From the NCBI GenBank assembly GCA_048538215.1, contig JBLYPV010000001.1, positions 254,196-318,195 on the forward strand: a DNA stretch of 64,000 nt. Direction: 5' to 3'. The notes beneath the pieces were generated by a model, which saw only the letters and a program-made list of their open reading frames with translations, was not told the origin of the DNA and searched no databases. Both the position numbers and the translations under genes were made by a program. The stretch comes from Patescibacteria group bacterium. GTDB lineage: Bacteria > Patescibacteriota > Minisyncoccia > Phycocordibacterales > GCA-2747955. This document shows, piece by piece, positions 8,013 to 17,659 of the stretch; within the stretch, counting starts at the first letter, position 1; every line of letters starts with the position of its first letter.

Positions 8013-9041
8013 CTAATCCTCTTCTTTTTCTTCCTCTTCGCTCCGCGATGCTTGTGATTCAAGAAATTGAGAAAGTACACATGCACACTGTGCAATAGAT
8101 TCATCATCAAGAATACTTGTAGTGACCACCTCTCTATTTATCATTTCTTTCAAAAGGGCTTGGGCTTGTTTCGCTTCTTCGGCGCTCACCACATCACTCT
8201 TACTCAAAATTACTAATTCACTCTTATCAAGTAGCTCAGGAGAATACTCCCCTAGCTCATTACGAATATCTTTGTAAGCTTTATGCAGAGCATCTACTCC
8301 TCCTTGTTCATAATGCTCAAATGATACAAGGTGAACAATTGCCCGTGTACGACGAATGTGTCGTAAAAATTTATGCCCCAATCCTCGTCCCTGAGAAGCA
8401 CCCTCGATAAGCCCAGGAATATCAGCAAGCACATAGCCGTGAAACATCCCAAGTCCGGGCTCTAGGGTGGTAAAAGGATACTCGGCCTCCTTCATACGAC
8501 TACCGGTGAGCGCATTTACCAGTGATGATTTTCCAGCTGATGGAAAGCCTACAAATCCTACATCTACCAAAAGCTGAAGTTCAATATAAAATTCTGCCTC
8601 CTCTCCCTTTTTGCCATCAGTCTGCTCATAAGGAGTAGTATTTACCGATGATTTAAAGTGCTCATTTCCATATCCCCCTCGCCCTCCACGGAGAGCTAGG
8701 TGTTCTTCGCCAAGATTGAGCAGACTAAAGCTTTCCCCCGTCTCCCGATTGGTGATAATCGATCCGATGGGGACTTCGATATACATAGGGTCTTGATTTG
8801 CCCCCGCCTTACTATTACGCATACCATCTCCCCCATTTTTTGCTTTGAAATTTGGATTACCACTATAATCTGCAAGCCGAGTAAGATCTTGGACAGCACG
8901 AAAATACACATCGCCACCGTTGCCACCGTTGCCACCAGCAGGGCCTCCCTTTGGGCGATACTTTTCTTTACGCCAGGATACAATACCGTTGCCACCATCT
9001 CCGGCTTTTGCGTATATCGTTAGTTCATCTACAAAACTCAT
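8013..9041 (-). CDS. obgE: Obg family GTPase
   Basis: Gly-rich Obg domain, GFPSAGKS, YPFTTL, DIPGLIEGAS.G.GLG. Confidence 0.95.
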   Translation of the reverse strand: MSFVDELTIYAKAGDGGNGIVSWRKEKYRPKGGPAGGNGGNGGDVYFRAVQDLTRLADYSGNPNFKAKNGGDGMRNSKAGANQDPMYIEVPIGSIITNRETGESFSLLNLGEEHLALRGGRGGYGNEHFKSSVNTTPYEQTDGKKGEEAEFYIELQLLVDVGFVGFPSAGKSSLVNALTGSRMKEAEYPFTTLEPGLGMFHGYVLADIPGLIEGASQGRGLGHKFLRHIRRTRAIVHLVSFEHYEQGGVDALHKAYKDIRNELGEYSPELLDKSELVILSKSDVVSAEEAKQAQALLKEMINREVVTTSILDDESIAQCACVLSQFLESQASRSEEEEKEED

Positions 9042-9083
9042 AGCCGATAGTATAAAGGCAGTATCGATAAAACACAATCTGCC

Positions 9084-10676
9084 TTAAGTCATTCCTGCTT
9101 GCTTGAGCGTTTCTTCTGCCATCTTGATAGCTACTTCTTGGGTACTGGCTATACAAATAAAATCACCAGAGCGATGGCAAAATATTGCCCCCTCAATACC
9201 CGACGCTTGCTCCAATGCCTCACCTCGAAGCCCCCACCACTTTCTTGGAAAGCTTAGTCGGCCTCTGAATTTGTAATCAGTTTTGGGCACGGTAGCTACT
9301 CCCCAAGTGGGGGAATCTGTATCCCCTTGTGGAGAAATAATGAGCCGAGTATCTTCAAAGCGAGAAAAATAATCTCGCCCAATCGGCTCTCGCAAAACAA
9401 TCATCTGCTTATCCGCTGCATCCGCATAAGCCCGGCCAGCTTTCCTTCGCTGTTCTACACGGTATTTTGCTTGTTCAACTATACGAGGTAATAGATATTT
9501 TGCCCATTCAACCGCATCATAAAATCTGCTATTTTGTACATAATTATTCCGCTTATCAGAATAATTATAGTATTGTCCAATCACCTCTTGAATGGTGATT
9601 GGACTAATTCCTAAATCATTAAGGTTATATATTTCTTGCCCATTATCTTCCGCATCAATAGCTTGTATAAATTGCTGATCTACCTCATCAACAATGTCTT
9701 GATTATTTTCACATAGTCTAATACCATAATGTTGCCAGATAAGCCCGAGTGAAGCGTAGCCTATTCCATTTGCACGCTCACCTGCTCCAGCAAATTGGTG
9801 ATGATCAAATAAATGATAAGCTGGATCGTAGGCATCACCTATATCAATAAGATAGACCTCCTCTCCTGCTCGTGCTTTTTTGCGGGCAAATTCAATCCGC
9901 TCTTGATTGCGAGTACGGATTACCTTGTACCGCCGTTGTTGTTGCTTGAGTACAAGCTCTAATACTGCTATGGCGAGCACCTCATCGGCATGAAACTTTC
10001 CATCATGGGTATAAATCCACACTGTAGGGCGCAGATAAGCAGAAAAATAAAAAATAAAAAGTGCCGCTAGAATGAGCCCAGCTACAGCAAAGAAGGCGAA
10101 GAGAAGAGCTTCTTCCCCACTCGTAAGCGCCTTGGGCCCAAAAGAAAAAATAAAGGTAAAAGGAATAATACCCAAGGCGGTAGCAAAAAAATATTTTGGG
10201 AAGGATATTTTACTCACCAAGCCCACTGCATAGGAAAGCACATCAGCAGGCACCACAATACGAAGCAATACAAGTACCCAAAAATCCATATTTTTAGGCA
10301 TACGCTCTTCGAGCTTCTCAATTCGCTTGAGTGAGAAAAGCCGTCCTACCAAGGGCTTGCCCCAGCGACGAGCAATCGCATAGGCTATTACCGATCCTAT
10401 AAGCCAGCTTATCCAGGTAGTAATAAAAATGGGCAACGCCCCCATTATCTCTGCCATAAAAGGCACGATGACAGCAATAGAGAGCGGTGCAAAGACTATA
10501 GCAGCTATCGTTGCAAGTGCATAAAGAAAAAGTGAAATCCAGTAGCCATCTACCGATATGATCTGCTGTAGCCACTCAAGTGGATCATTCCAAAAAAGTG
10601 TGGCCATTATGGCTCCTGCGATGACAAAAATTACAGTGTAGGGTAAAACGATACGGGTAAACTGCTTGAGATTCAT
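9084..10676 (-). CDS. VTT/DedA (SNARE-associated) membrane domain fused to a MYG1-family exonuclease domain
   Basis: N-half has multiple TM helices with 'GS.IAY.IARRWG' and 'LLR...PADVLSYAVGL'. C-half has 'THDGKFHADEV', 'FDHHQ', 'FP..W.GL.GE.L...SGI.GA.FCH'. Confidence 0.85.
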   Translation of the reverse strand: MNLKQFTRIVLPYTVIFVIAGAIMATLFWNDPLEWLQQIISVDGYWISLFLYALATIAAIVFAPLSIAVIVPFMAEIMGALPIFITTWISWLIGSVIAYAIARRWGKPLVGRLFSLKRIEKLEERMPKNMDFWVLVLLRIVVPADVLSYAVGLVSKISFPKYFFATALGIIPFTFIFSFGPKALTSGEEALLFAFFAVAGLILAALFIFYFSAYLRPTVWIYTHDGKFHADEVLAIAVLELVLKQQQRRYKVIRTRNQERIEFARKKARAGEEVYLIDIGDAYDPAYHLFDHHQFAGAGERANGIGYASLGLIWQHYGIRLCENNQDIVDEVDQQFIQAIDAEDNGQEIYNLNDLGISPITIQEVIGQYYNYSDKRNNYVQNSRFYDAVEWAKYLLPRIVEQAKYRVEQRRKAGRAYADAADKQMIVLREPIGRDYFSRFEDTRLIISPQGDTDSPTWGVATVPKTDYKFRGRLSFPRKWWGLRGEALEQASGIEGAIFCHRSGDFICIASTQEVAIKMAEETLKQAGMT

Positions 10677-10725
10677 ATAGTGTATTGTACCCGAGAGGAA
10701 TGTAATCACCAACGATACAAGCCTC

Positions 10726-10781
10726 AAATAAAATTAGGTATTAATCACTACACGTGTAGTGATTAATACCTAATTTTATTT
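10726..10781. repeat. 56-bp perfect palindrome (no loop)
   Basis: AAATAAAATTAGGTATTAATCACTACAC|GTGTAGTGATTAATACCTAATTTTATTT. Confidence 0.9.
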
Positions 10782-11061
10782 TCCAAACTTATAAATAATA
10801 GTGAAACAAAAAACCGCCTATACTTAGGTCGGCCAGATAAGTATCAAAAAGAACAGTGCTAGAGGTGTCGACAAAGGGATGAGCCGAGCCCAATCCCTTC
10901 GCCTTCCTGATTGGAGCTTCATTCGTCCACGCTAGCAAGGGCTAGCTTGGGTCGGCGACACGTGAGATCATTCCTTTACAAAAGTTGTGAAATACTTCAT
11001 TTCCTCTCTCCCTATTCTAGGCGCATAGCGCCTTATCTTGCCTTTCAAGTAAGATTCCCAT

Positions 11062-13554
11062 TTATCTATTCCTCTTCGCTCTTCGGCGAGCTGCTCTATT
11101 TCCCCCCTGACTTGCCGAGCTCTTGTGTATAGCAGGTTGTGCTCGAGCCTTTGCTTCCGCTTGTGTCTTTAGTGATTGTTGGGTGATGCGATCCATCTCT
11201 TGTTTTCGTGCTTGGGCTCGCTCTTCAAGCTGTTCTAATGATTCTGCTTCAAGCCCTTCGAGAGTAGTGATCGTTTGTGTATCAATATCAGCCAACATCT
11301 GCTTGAAAAACATAAGTCCTTCTCGCTTGTATTCAATAAGTGGATCCTTTTGTCCATATGCTCGAAGCGATACAGACGAGCGTAGCATATCCATGGTATC
11401 CAGGTGCTCCATCCAATAAGTATTAATAGCTTCTAGATATACTTTGCGGAAGAGAGTAAGAAATTGCGCCTTCCCCATCACGCTTTCTTTTGCTTCTTGT
11501 ACTTCTTTTATTTGTGCTTGTGTAGTGGCAATTTCTTGAATAAGCGCCTCTACTTCCTCATCGCTCCCCACAAGCACCGTGCGTCGCTTGCCATACACTG
11601 TAATACGCTGAGTATTTAAGACATCATCAAATTGCAAAATATGCTTACGAGAATCAAAGTGCATTCCTTCAATTCTAGTTTGGGCATTTTCGAGTGAGCG
11701 TGAAATCATTCGGTGCTCAATAGGTTCATCTTCGGCAAGCCCCATTCTCCCCATCATATTCTTCACCATATCCCCCGCAAAAATACGCATCATATCGTCT
11801 TCAAGTGAAACATAAAATTGCGTTTCACCTGGGTCTCCTTGTCGCCCAGATCGTCCACGAAGCTGATTATCAATACGCCGTGCATCGTGTCGCTCAGTAC
11901 CAATTACATAAAGCCCTCCTAGGGCTACCACTTCTTTGTACTCATCTTCTGTCGCCTCAGCTCCCCCGAGCTTGATATCTACTCCACGCCCCGCCATATT
12001 AGTAGCGACAGTCACTGCTCCCTTCTTTCCTGCATTTGCGATGACGCCCCCCTCCTGCTCATGCTTCTTAGCATTGAGCACCGTATGCCTAATCCCCTCT
12101 CTATCTAGAAATTGTGATAGTGACTCAGATTTTTCTACAGTAATAGTACCAATCAAGACGGGCTGACCTTTTTGATTAAGCTCTTTGACCTTTTTGGCAA
12201 TAGCCATAAATTTGCCCCGCTCTGTTTGAAAAATTAAATCATTTTTATCTATTCGTGCGACTGGGCGATGTGTAGGCACAAGAGCTACATCAAGATTGTA
12301 CACTTTGTAAAATTCCTCGGCGCTCGTTTCTGCAGTACCTGTCATACCACAAAGCGTCTCGTACATACGGAAGTAGTTCTGGTAAGTTACCGAGGCTACT
12401 GTTTTCATCTCAGACTGAATAGGCAAGCCCTCCTTGGCCTCGATTGCCTGATGAATTCCCTCACTCCAGCGTCTGCCTGGCTGTAGTCGTCCGGTAGATT
12501 CATCTACAATCACTACTTGATTGTTCTGGATCACATACTCTCGCTCAGAGTGGTAGAGTGCCTTGGCACGCACGGCTGTTTCCAAGTGATGTACATAGGT
12601 AATGCCTCTGTCGGTATAAAGATTCTCTATTCCTAAAGCTTGCTCGGCAACTTCGATTCCTGCATCGGTGAGTGCCACCTGACGCATCTTTTCATCTACA
12701 ATATAGTGCTCACCTTCTTTCATTCGGCTGGTAATTTGGGCAAACTGTGCATACAAATTTTCTGTCTCCTCTACAGAGGAAGAGATAATGAGCGGTGTTC
12801 GAGCATCATCAATCAAAATACTATCGATCTCATCCACCACCGCATATGCAAGCTCTCGCTGGCGTAAATGGCTCGCATCAAATTCGAGATTATCACGCAG
12901 GTAATCAAAGCCAAACTCACTATTGGTACCATAGGTAATATCACATTCGTATGATTCTTTGCGAGTACTTGCTCGTAAGAATTCATGGATTACCCTATAT
13001 GCCCCCACCTGGTCTCGTTCTTCGTCGTGCTCTACTCGTGCAGAAGAATCATAGACATAGCTTTGATTCTCACCATTGATCACCCCTACCGAAAGCCCCA
13101 GCCGAGCATAAATTTGCCCTACCCATACTGCATCTCGTCGTGCCAAATAATCGTTGACTGTCACCACATGCACCCCCCGCCCCTCAAGGGCACGCAAGTA
13201 TACTGGCAAGGTAGCCACGAGGGTCTTTCCTTCACCTGTTTTCATCTCGGTAATCTTGCCTTGGAAAAGTAGGATGCCACCAGTGAGCTGAACATCAAAA
13301 TGTCGAAGTCCTGTTTCTCGTACTGATGCCTCTCGTACAAGAGCAAAGGCTTCGGGTAGTAGTGATTCCAGTGTTTCCCCCGATTGTAAGCGTGATTTAA
13401 ATTCAGCCGTCTTAGCTCTGAGTGCTTCATCACTCAAGGCTTGCATTTCTCCTTCCAATGCATTGATCTTTTGTACCAGTGGCTTCGTTTTCTTAGCTGC
13501 ACCGGTAGCGTTGTCACCCAAATATTTTTTGATGTTACTAATTTTGTCTAACAT
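11062..13554 (-). CDS. secA: preprotein translocase ATPase SecA
   Basis: EMKTGEGKT, VTVNDYLA, DEIDSILID, TNMAGRG, RRIDNQLRGRSGRQGDPG. Confidence 0.98.
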   Translation of the reverse strand: MLDKISNIKKYLGDNATGAAKKTKPLVQKINALEGEMQALSDEALRAKTAEFKSRLQSGETLESLLPEAFALVREASVRETGLRHFDVQLTGGILLFQGKITEMKTGEGKTLVATLPVYLRALEGRGVHVVTVNDYLARRDAVWVGQIYARLGLSVGVINGENQSYVYDSSARVEHDEERDQVGAYRVIHEFLRASTRKESYECDITYGTNSEFGFDYLRDNLEFDASHLRQRELAYAVVDEIDSILIDDARTPLIISSSVEETENLYAQFAQITSRMKEGEHYIVDEKMRQVALTDAGIEVAEQALGIENLYTDRGITYVHHLETAVRAKALYHSEREYVIQNNQVVIVDESTGRLQPGRRWSEGIHQAIEAKEGLPIQSEMKTVASVTYQNYFRMYETLCGMTGTAETSAEEFYKVYNLDVALVPTHRPVARIDKNDLIFQTERGKFMAIAKKVKELNQKGQPVLIGTITVEKSESLSQFLDREGIRHTVLNAKKHEQEGGVIANAGKKGAVTVATNMAGRGVDIKLGGAEATEDEYKEVVALGGLYVIGTERHDARRIDNQLRGRSGRQGDPGETQFYVSLEDDMMRIFAGDMVKNMMGRMGLAEDEPIEHRMISRSLENAQTRIEGMHFDSRKHILQFDDVLNTQRITVYGKRRTVLVGSDEEVEALIQEIATTQAQIKEVQEAKESVMGKAQFLTLFRKVYLEAINTYWMEHLDTMDMLRSSVSLRAYGQKDPLIEYKREGLMFFKQMLADIDTQTITTLEGLEAESLEQLEERAQARKQEMDRITQQSLKTQAEAKARAQPAIHKSSASQGGNRAARRRAKRNR

Positions 13555-13664
13555 ATCGTGCTCGTTATTGTACCACTTTTTCTCTTATCACCCAGTAGAG
13601 GAAACTACAGGGTCTTCTATGTACTACTATTTAAATAGAGTGCAAAAATGCTATAGTTTACTAT

Positions 13665-14477
13665 ATGATTGAAAGCCGATGGATGCCCAAGCTCAAAGAT
13701 GTGGCTGAAAGGCCCTATGCCTACACGAGTAATGCGGAGCTCGTGCGTAATCATCATAGCCAGGAGGTACTTCATGATGCTCATAAAAATCTTAGGCAAA
13801 TTTTTGCCACATTTCGAAAAGATAAAAATTTTATAGATTTATCAGGCAATCTAAAAAGTATCATCAATACCATTGAGCAAGAGTGTCAATCCCCTCTTCC
13901 TATACAATCCGAGCCGGCTTTTTTTGATTTCCAGGCGACTCTCTCAGAATTGCTCACTGATCATATGCACCTTCTGACCAAAGACGAATGGATAGATATC
14001 CAGGAGGACGCTCGCTATTTGTATGAAGCTATTCACACCAAGCCTGTTGTGTACGATCGCACCTTGATAGATGGAATGGATGAGGATCAATTACTTCTAC
14101 AAAGAAGCATTGATAATCATCATCAGTTATTTGCAAGCAGAATGAAGATGTTTGTATCTCAAACAGAAACAATTATTCGAGAGTTTGTTGCTGAATATAG
14201 AGACGATCCCGAACAAGGCCTACTCGAAGGCCTTACAAAAATTATGAGAAATATTCGTGAGGAATGGAATAAACTACCAGATGAAAATTTTCAAAATATA
14301 CTAAGAGAAATGCGTGATCGTTGCTATAGCGAAATGACAGAAACCTTAGCTTTTATACGAAATCAAATAGAAACACTCCACCAACACGCCAAGATCAGCC
14401 CACAAAGCTACCAGCTACTTCGTGATAGCTTTGAATCTATCTATCAAAGCCCCAAGCAACTACCACACCAAGAATAA
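13665..14477 (+). CDS. hypothetical helical protein
   Basis: 270 aa ORF, no recognisable motif. Confidence 0.65.
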   Translation: MIESRWMPKLKDVAERPYAYTSNAELVRNHHSQEVLHDAHKNLRQIFATFRKDKNFIDLSGNLKSIINTIEQECQSPLPIQSEPAFFDFQATLSELLTDHMHLLTKDEWIDIQEDARYLYEAIHTKPVVYDRTLIDGMDEDQLLLQRSIDNHHQLFASRMKMFVSQTETIIREFVAEYRDDPEQGLLEGLTKIMRNIREEWNKLPDENFQNILREMRDRCYSEMTETLAFIRNQIETLHQHAKISPQSYQLLRDSFESIYQSPKQLPHQE

Positions 14478-14538
14478 TAGGGATAAAGTGAATAACTTGG
14501 CATAAGCGCCTTCTCTTTCGTAGTGCTACAATAGTCCT

Positions 14539-16800
14539 ATGCAGGCTGATACCGACTTGAAACAAGTATTTCGCATAAGTTCTACTCAAGAAAAATCTCT
14601 CAAACGACTAGGCATAGAAAGCGTGAGAGATTTGCTCTATTATTTTCCCAAGCGATATGGTGACGCACAATCCTTTGCCCCGATTGCAGACCTTCGAGCA
14701 GGAGATACGCCAATAATTTATGCAGAGGTAAAATCCATTCGTGCTCGCAAAGCTTGGCACAACAAACAAAATCTTACAGAAGCTACGCTTGAAGATACAC
14801 GAGGAGATACGATCAAAGCAATTTGGTTTGCCCAGCCCTATATTAGTAAGAAGCTCGATATAGGTAGCCAGGCACGATTTATGGGAGTCATCAATGAGCG
14901 CAATGGCGCACTCGCCATAATCAATCCTGAATTTGAACGACTCAAAGAGATTCCCATTGAACAGAGTGGTAATCTCTTTGCTGATGACGCCAAGGCACTC
15001 GAGCAAACCCTCTACCCGGTATACAAAGAAACAAAAGGTATCACAAGCAAATGGATATATCACCATATCCAATCATTATTTGCCAAGGGTATTTTAGATT
15101 CGATACAGGATCCAATTCCTCAAGATATTCTAGAAAGATACCGTCTACCTTCACTTGCTCATGCTCTGCAGTATATTCACGGACCACGAAAGCAGGGTGA
15201 TGCTGATGTTGCCCGCAAGCGTTTTGCCTTCGAGGAAATGTTTTTTGCCCAACTTGTACGAATGGAAGAGCGAGCAAAATATGAAGCATCTGGAGCTTTT
15301 GCTATCAGTGAGACGAGTAGCGAAAAGATAGACTCATTCACCAATTCCCTTCCCTTTGTACTCACTTCTGGGCAAAAGAAAGCCACTGAGGCTATCTTGA
15401 GCGATATGCGCTCAGATACACCGATGTCTCGCCTCCTGGAGGGTGATGTGGGAAGTGGTAAAACAATCATTGCTGCCATAGCTTCTTTTGCAGCTATAAG
15501 CTCTCGCCCTAAAGATCAATCTGTGGGCTATCTACAAGTAGCCTATATGGCACCTACTGAGATTTTAGCTAAGCAAATTTTTGAAGAATTCTGCTCACTC
15601 TTTGCTGATTTTCCTGTCCAGATTGGGCTTATTACTGGTAATGAATGCAAAAAATATCCAAGTAAAACATCAGCACAAGCAACCACTGTGAGTAAATCAC
15701 AGCTTCTCAAATGGGTGCTCAATGGTGAGATACAGATCCTCATAGGCACCCACGCTCTTATCAGCAAGCAAGTATATTTTGAAAATTTAGGGCTAGTGAT
15801 TGTCGATGAGCAACACCGCTTTGGTAAAAAACAGCGAGCAGCACTTCGCAATAAGGGAGCTCTCAAATCAGCAGACAAGAAGACAGCCGATAAAAAAACA
15901 ATGCTCGGCAAGATGCAAAACTCAAAGATACAAAAAAAAGGAGTGGTGAATAATGATGATATTCTTCCTCACCTTCTATCAATGTCGGCTACCCCCATTC
16001 CTCGTACCCTCGCCCTCACTATATATGGAGATTTAGATCTCACTATTCTCGATGAGCTCCCACCGGGACGGCAAAAGATCCAGACCTCCCTTGTGCGACC
16101 AGGAAAGCGTGAAGATGCCTATGAGACAATCCGTACCGAGCTTCAAGCGGGGCGTCAGGCCTATGTCATTTGTCCTAGAATTGACGAGGCCGACCCTAGT
16201 CGCATTGGTGCTATCCACGCAGTAGCTGCAGAAAGTGAAGCCAAGCGACTACAGGCAGATGTTTTCCCAGAATATCGAGTAGGGGTGGTGCATGGTAAAT
16301 TACATAAAAATAAAAAGGAGGAAGTGATGAATGCTTTTAGGGATCACGAATTGGATATTTTGGTGGCCACCTCAGTAATCGAAGTGGGAGTAAATGTGCC
16401 CAATGCTACTTCTATTATTATCGAAGGAGCGGAGCGATTTGGTTTGGCCCAGCTACACCAGCTTCGTGGCCGAGTCATGCGATCCTCCCACAAGCCCTAC
16501 TGCTATATTTTTTCAGATAGCCAAAATGAAGATAGTCTCAAACGATTGCACGCTCTAACCACTAATTCAAATGGCTTTGCTTTGGCTGAAGCCGATTTAG
16601 AATCTCGTGGCTCAGGAGAATTACTAGGAGTGAAGCAATCAGGAATGAGCGACTTGGCAATGGAATCACTCAAAAATCTCAAGCTTGTGGAGGCCGCTCG
16701 CAAAGAGGCAATGGATATCATACAGAATGCTAGCCTCGAATCCCATCAAGCAATGCACCAACGATTTAGCGCAATCCAAGCCCAGGTGTATATGGAATAA
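14539..16800 (+). CDS. recG: ATP-dependent DNA helicase RecG
   Basis: GDVGSGKT, DEQHRFG, SATPIPRTL, AERFGLAQLHQLRGRV. Confidence 0.97.
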   Translation: MQADTDLKQVFRISSTQEKSLKRLGIESVRDLLYYFPKRYGDAQSFAPIADLRAGDTPIIYAEVKSIRARKAWHNKQNLTEATLEDTRGDTIKAIWFAQPYISKKLDIGSQARFMGVINERNGALAIINPEFERLKEIPIEQSGNLFADDAKALEQTLYPVYKETKGITSKWIYHHIQSLFAKGILDSIQDPIPQDILERYRLPSLAHALQYIHGPRKQGDADVARKRFAFEEMFFAQLVRMEERAKYEASGAFAISETSSEKIDSFTNSLPFVLTSGQKKATEAILSDMRSDTPMSRLLEGDVGSGKTIIAAIASFAAISSRPKDQSVGYLQVAYMAPTEILAKQIFEEFCSLFADFPVQIGLITGNECKKYPSKTSAQATTVSKSQLLKWVLNGEIQILIGTHALISKQVYFENLGLVIVDEQHRFGKKQRAALRNKGALKSADKKTADKKTMLGKMQNSKIQKKGVVNNDDILPHLLSMSATPIPRTLALTIYGDLDLTILDELPPGRQKIQTSLVRPGKREDAYETIRTELQAGRQAYVICPRIDEADPSRIGAIHAVAAESEAKRLQADVFPEYRVGVVHGKLHKNKKEEVMNAFRDHELDILVATSVIEVGVNVPNATSIIIEGAERFGLAQLHQLRGRVMRSSHKPYCYIFSDSQNEDSLKRLHALTTNSNGFALAEADLESRGSGELLGVKQSGMSDLAMESLKNLKLVEAARKEAMDIIQNASLESHQAMHQRFSAIQAQVYME

Positions 16801-16813
16801 GTCACCATTTTGC

Positions 16814-17089
16814 TTAGCTAGTACGACTTTGTTTTTTGCGAAGCTCTTTGTATATTTTTTCACGAGTCTTTACTAATACTATTTTGATTCTTGTATTTTT
16901 TTCAAAGAAAATTACTCTATAGTCATCTCATCGTAATCTACAGAGGGGTTCGAATCCCTTGAGAAGTCGGGTATCATTTACCTCTCCCTTTCGTAATAAT
17001 TCTAATGTATGGGCAACTTGCTTTTGCTGTTTCTTAGGAAGAGATTGTATATATTCAAAAGATTGTTTTGAGAAATCTAATTTAATCAT
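16814..17089 (-). pseudogene. RelE/ParE-family toxin pseudogene
   Basis: MIKLDFSKQSFEYIQSLPKKQQKQV...LKGFEPLCRLR*DDYRVIF; in-frame TGA in the R(V)GDYR motif. Confidence 0.7.
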
Positions 17090-17335
17090 TGAGCAAAGAT
17101 TTTAGAAATTCTCCGCTTTTTTTTGTACCAATAAACTCATTCTCTTCAAAAATAGGCTGCGCCCGACGGGCGAGATAAAATCTTCAAATGCCTCCATATC
17201 AGCGGTGGCAATCATATAAGCTGTTGGACGACCTCGTTTTGTTATAGCTACAGGAGATCAATATGCATCAATAAGCATCTCGCCAAATTTATTTTTTGCT
17301 TCGCTTGCTATATAAGTAGTAAACAATTTATTCAT
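17082..17335 (-). pseudogene. Phd/YefM-family antitoxin pseudogene
   Basis: ASEAKNKFGEML..AY*SPVAITKRGRPTAYMI; internal TGA and a frameshift. Palindrome GAATTAGCTAATTC in its promoter. Confidence 0.7.
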
Positions 17336-17471
17336 AGTCTATATGAATAGCCGAATTAGCTAATTCAGTCAATATCACTACATCAAATGTAGCTAGCTTA
17401 TCACTAAAAAATACGGCTAGCATAGCCGTATTCATAAGATAATTTATCCATTGCTGATATGAGAAAGAGAG

Positions 17472-17543
17472 TCCAACAGGCAGGGATCGAACCTGCGACC
17501 ACGAAGGTATAAGCTTCGCGCTCTACCACTGAGCTACTGTTGG
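17472..17543 (-). tRNA. tRNA-Ile(TAT)
   Basis: Acceptor stem CCAACAG..CTGTTGG-A; anticodon arm CGAAG-CTTATAC-CTTCG. Confidence 0.88.
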
Positions 17544-17549
17544 ACTCTC

Positions 17550-17641
17550 GCTCCCATGTTGCTCGCTTACAGATAACAAGCTTCCGACTGACTCCTGCTC
17601 TCTTTGAGATATGTGCTCCGCTTATCACTTACGAGCCCCCC
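17550..17641 (-). ncRNA. candidate structured RNA/leader co-transcribed with tRNA-Ile
   Basis: Extended -10 TGATATAAT directly upstream; pairings GCTCG/CGAGC and TGATAAGC/GCTTGTTA. Confidence 0.35.
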
Positions 17642-17659
17642 GATTATATCAGAAATTTG

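Noticed and set aside
10810-11030. SD-led micro-ORFs downstream of secA (MKYFTTFVKE*, MKLQSGRRRDW...)
   Set aside because: The frames are broken with no recognisable homology; possibly a decayed orphan gene, too weak to call.
16814-17335. TGA read-through (genetic code 25) suggested by in-frame TGAs in the TA genes
   Set aside because: All conserved genes translate fully in code 11, several ORFs end in TGA, and the antitoxin also has a frameshift.
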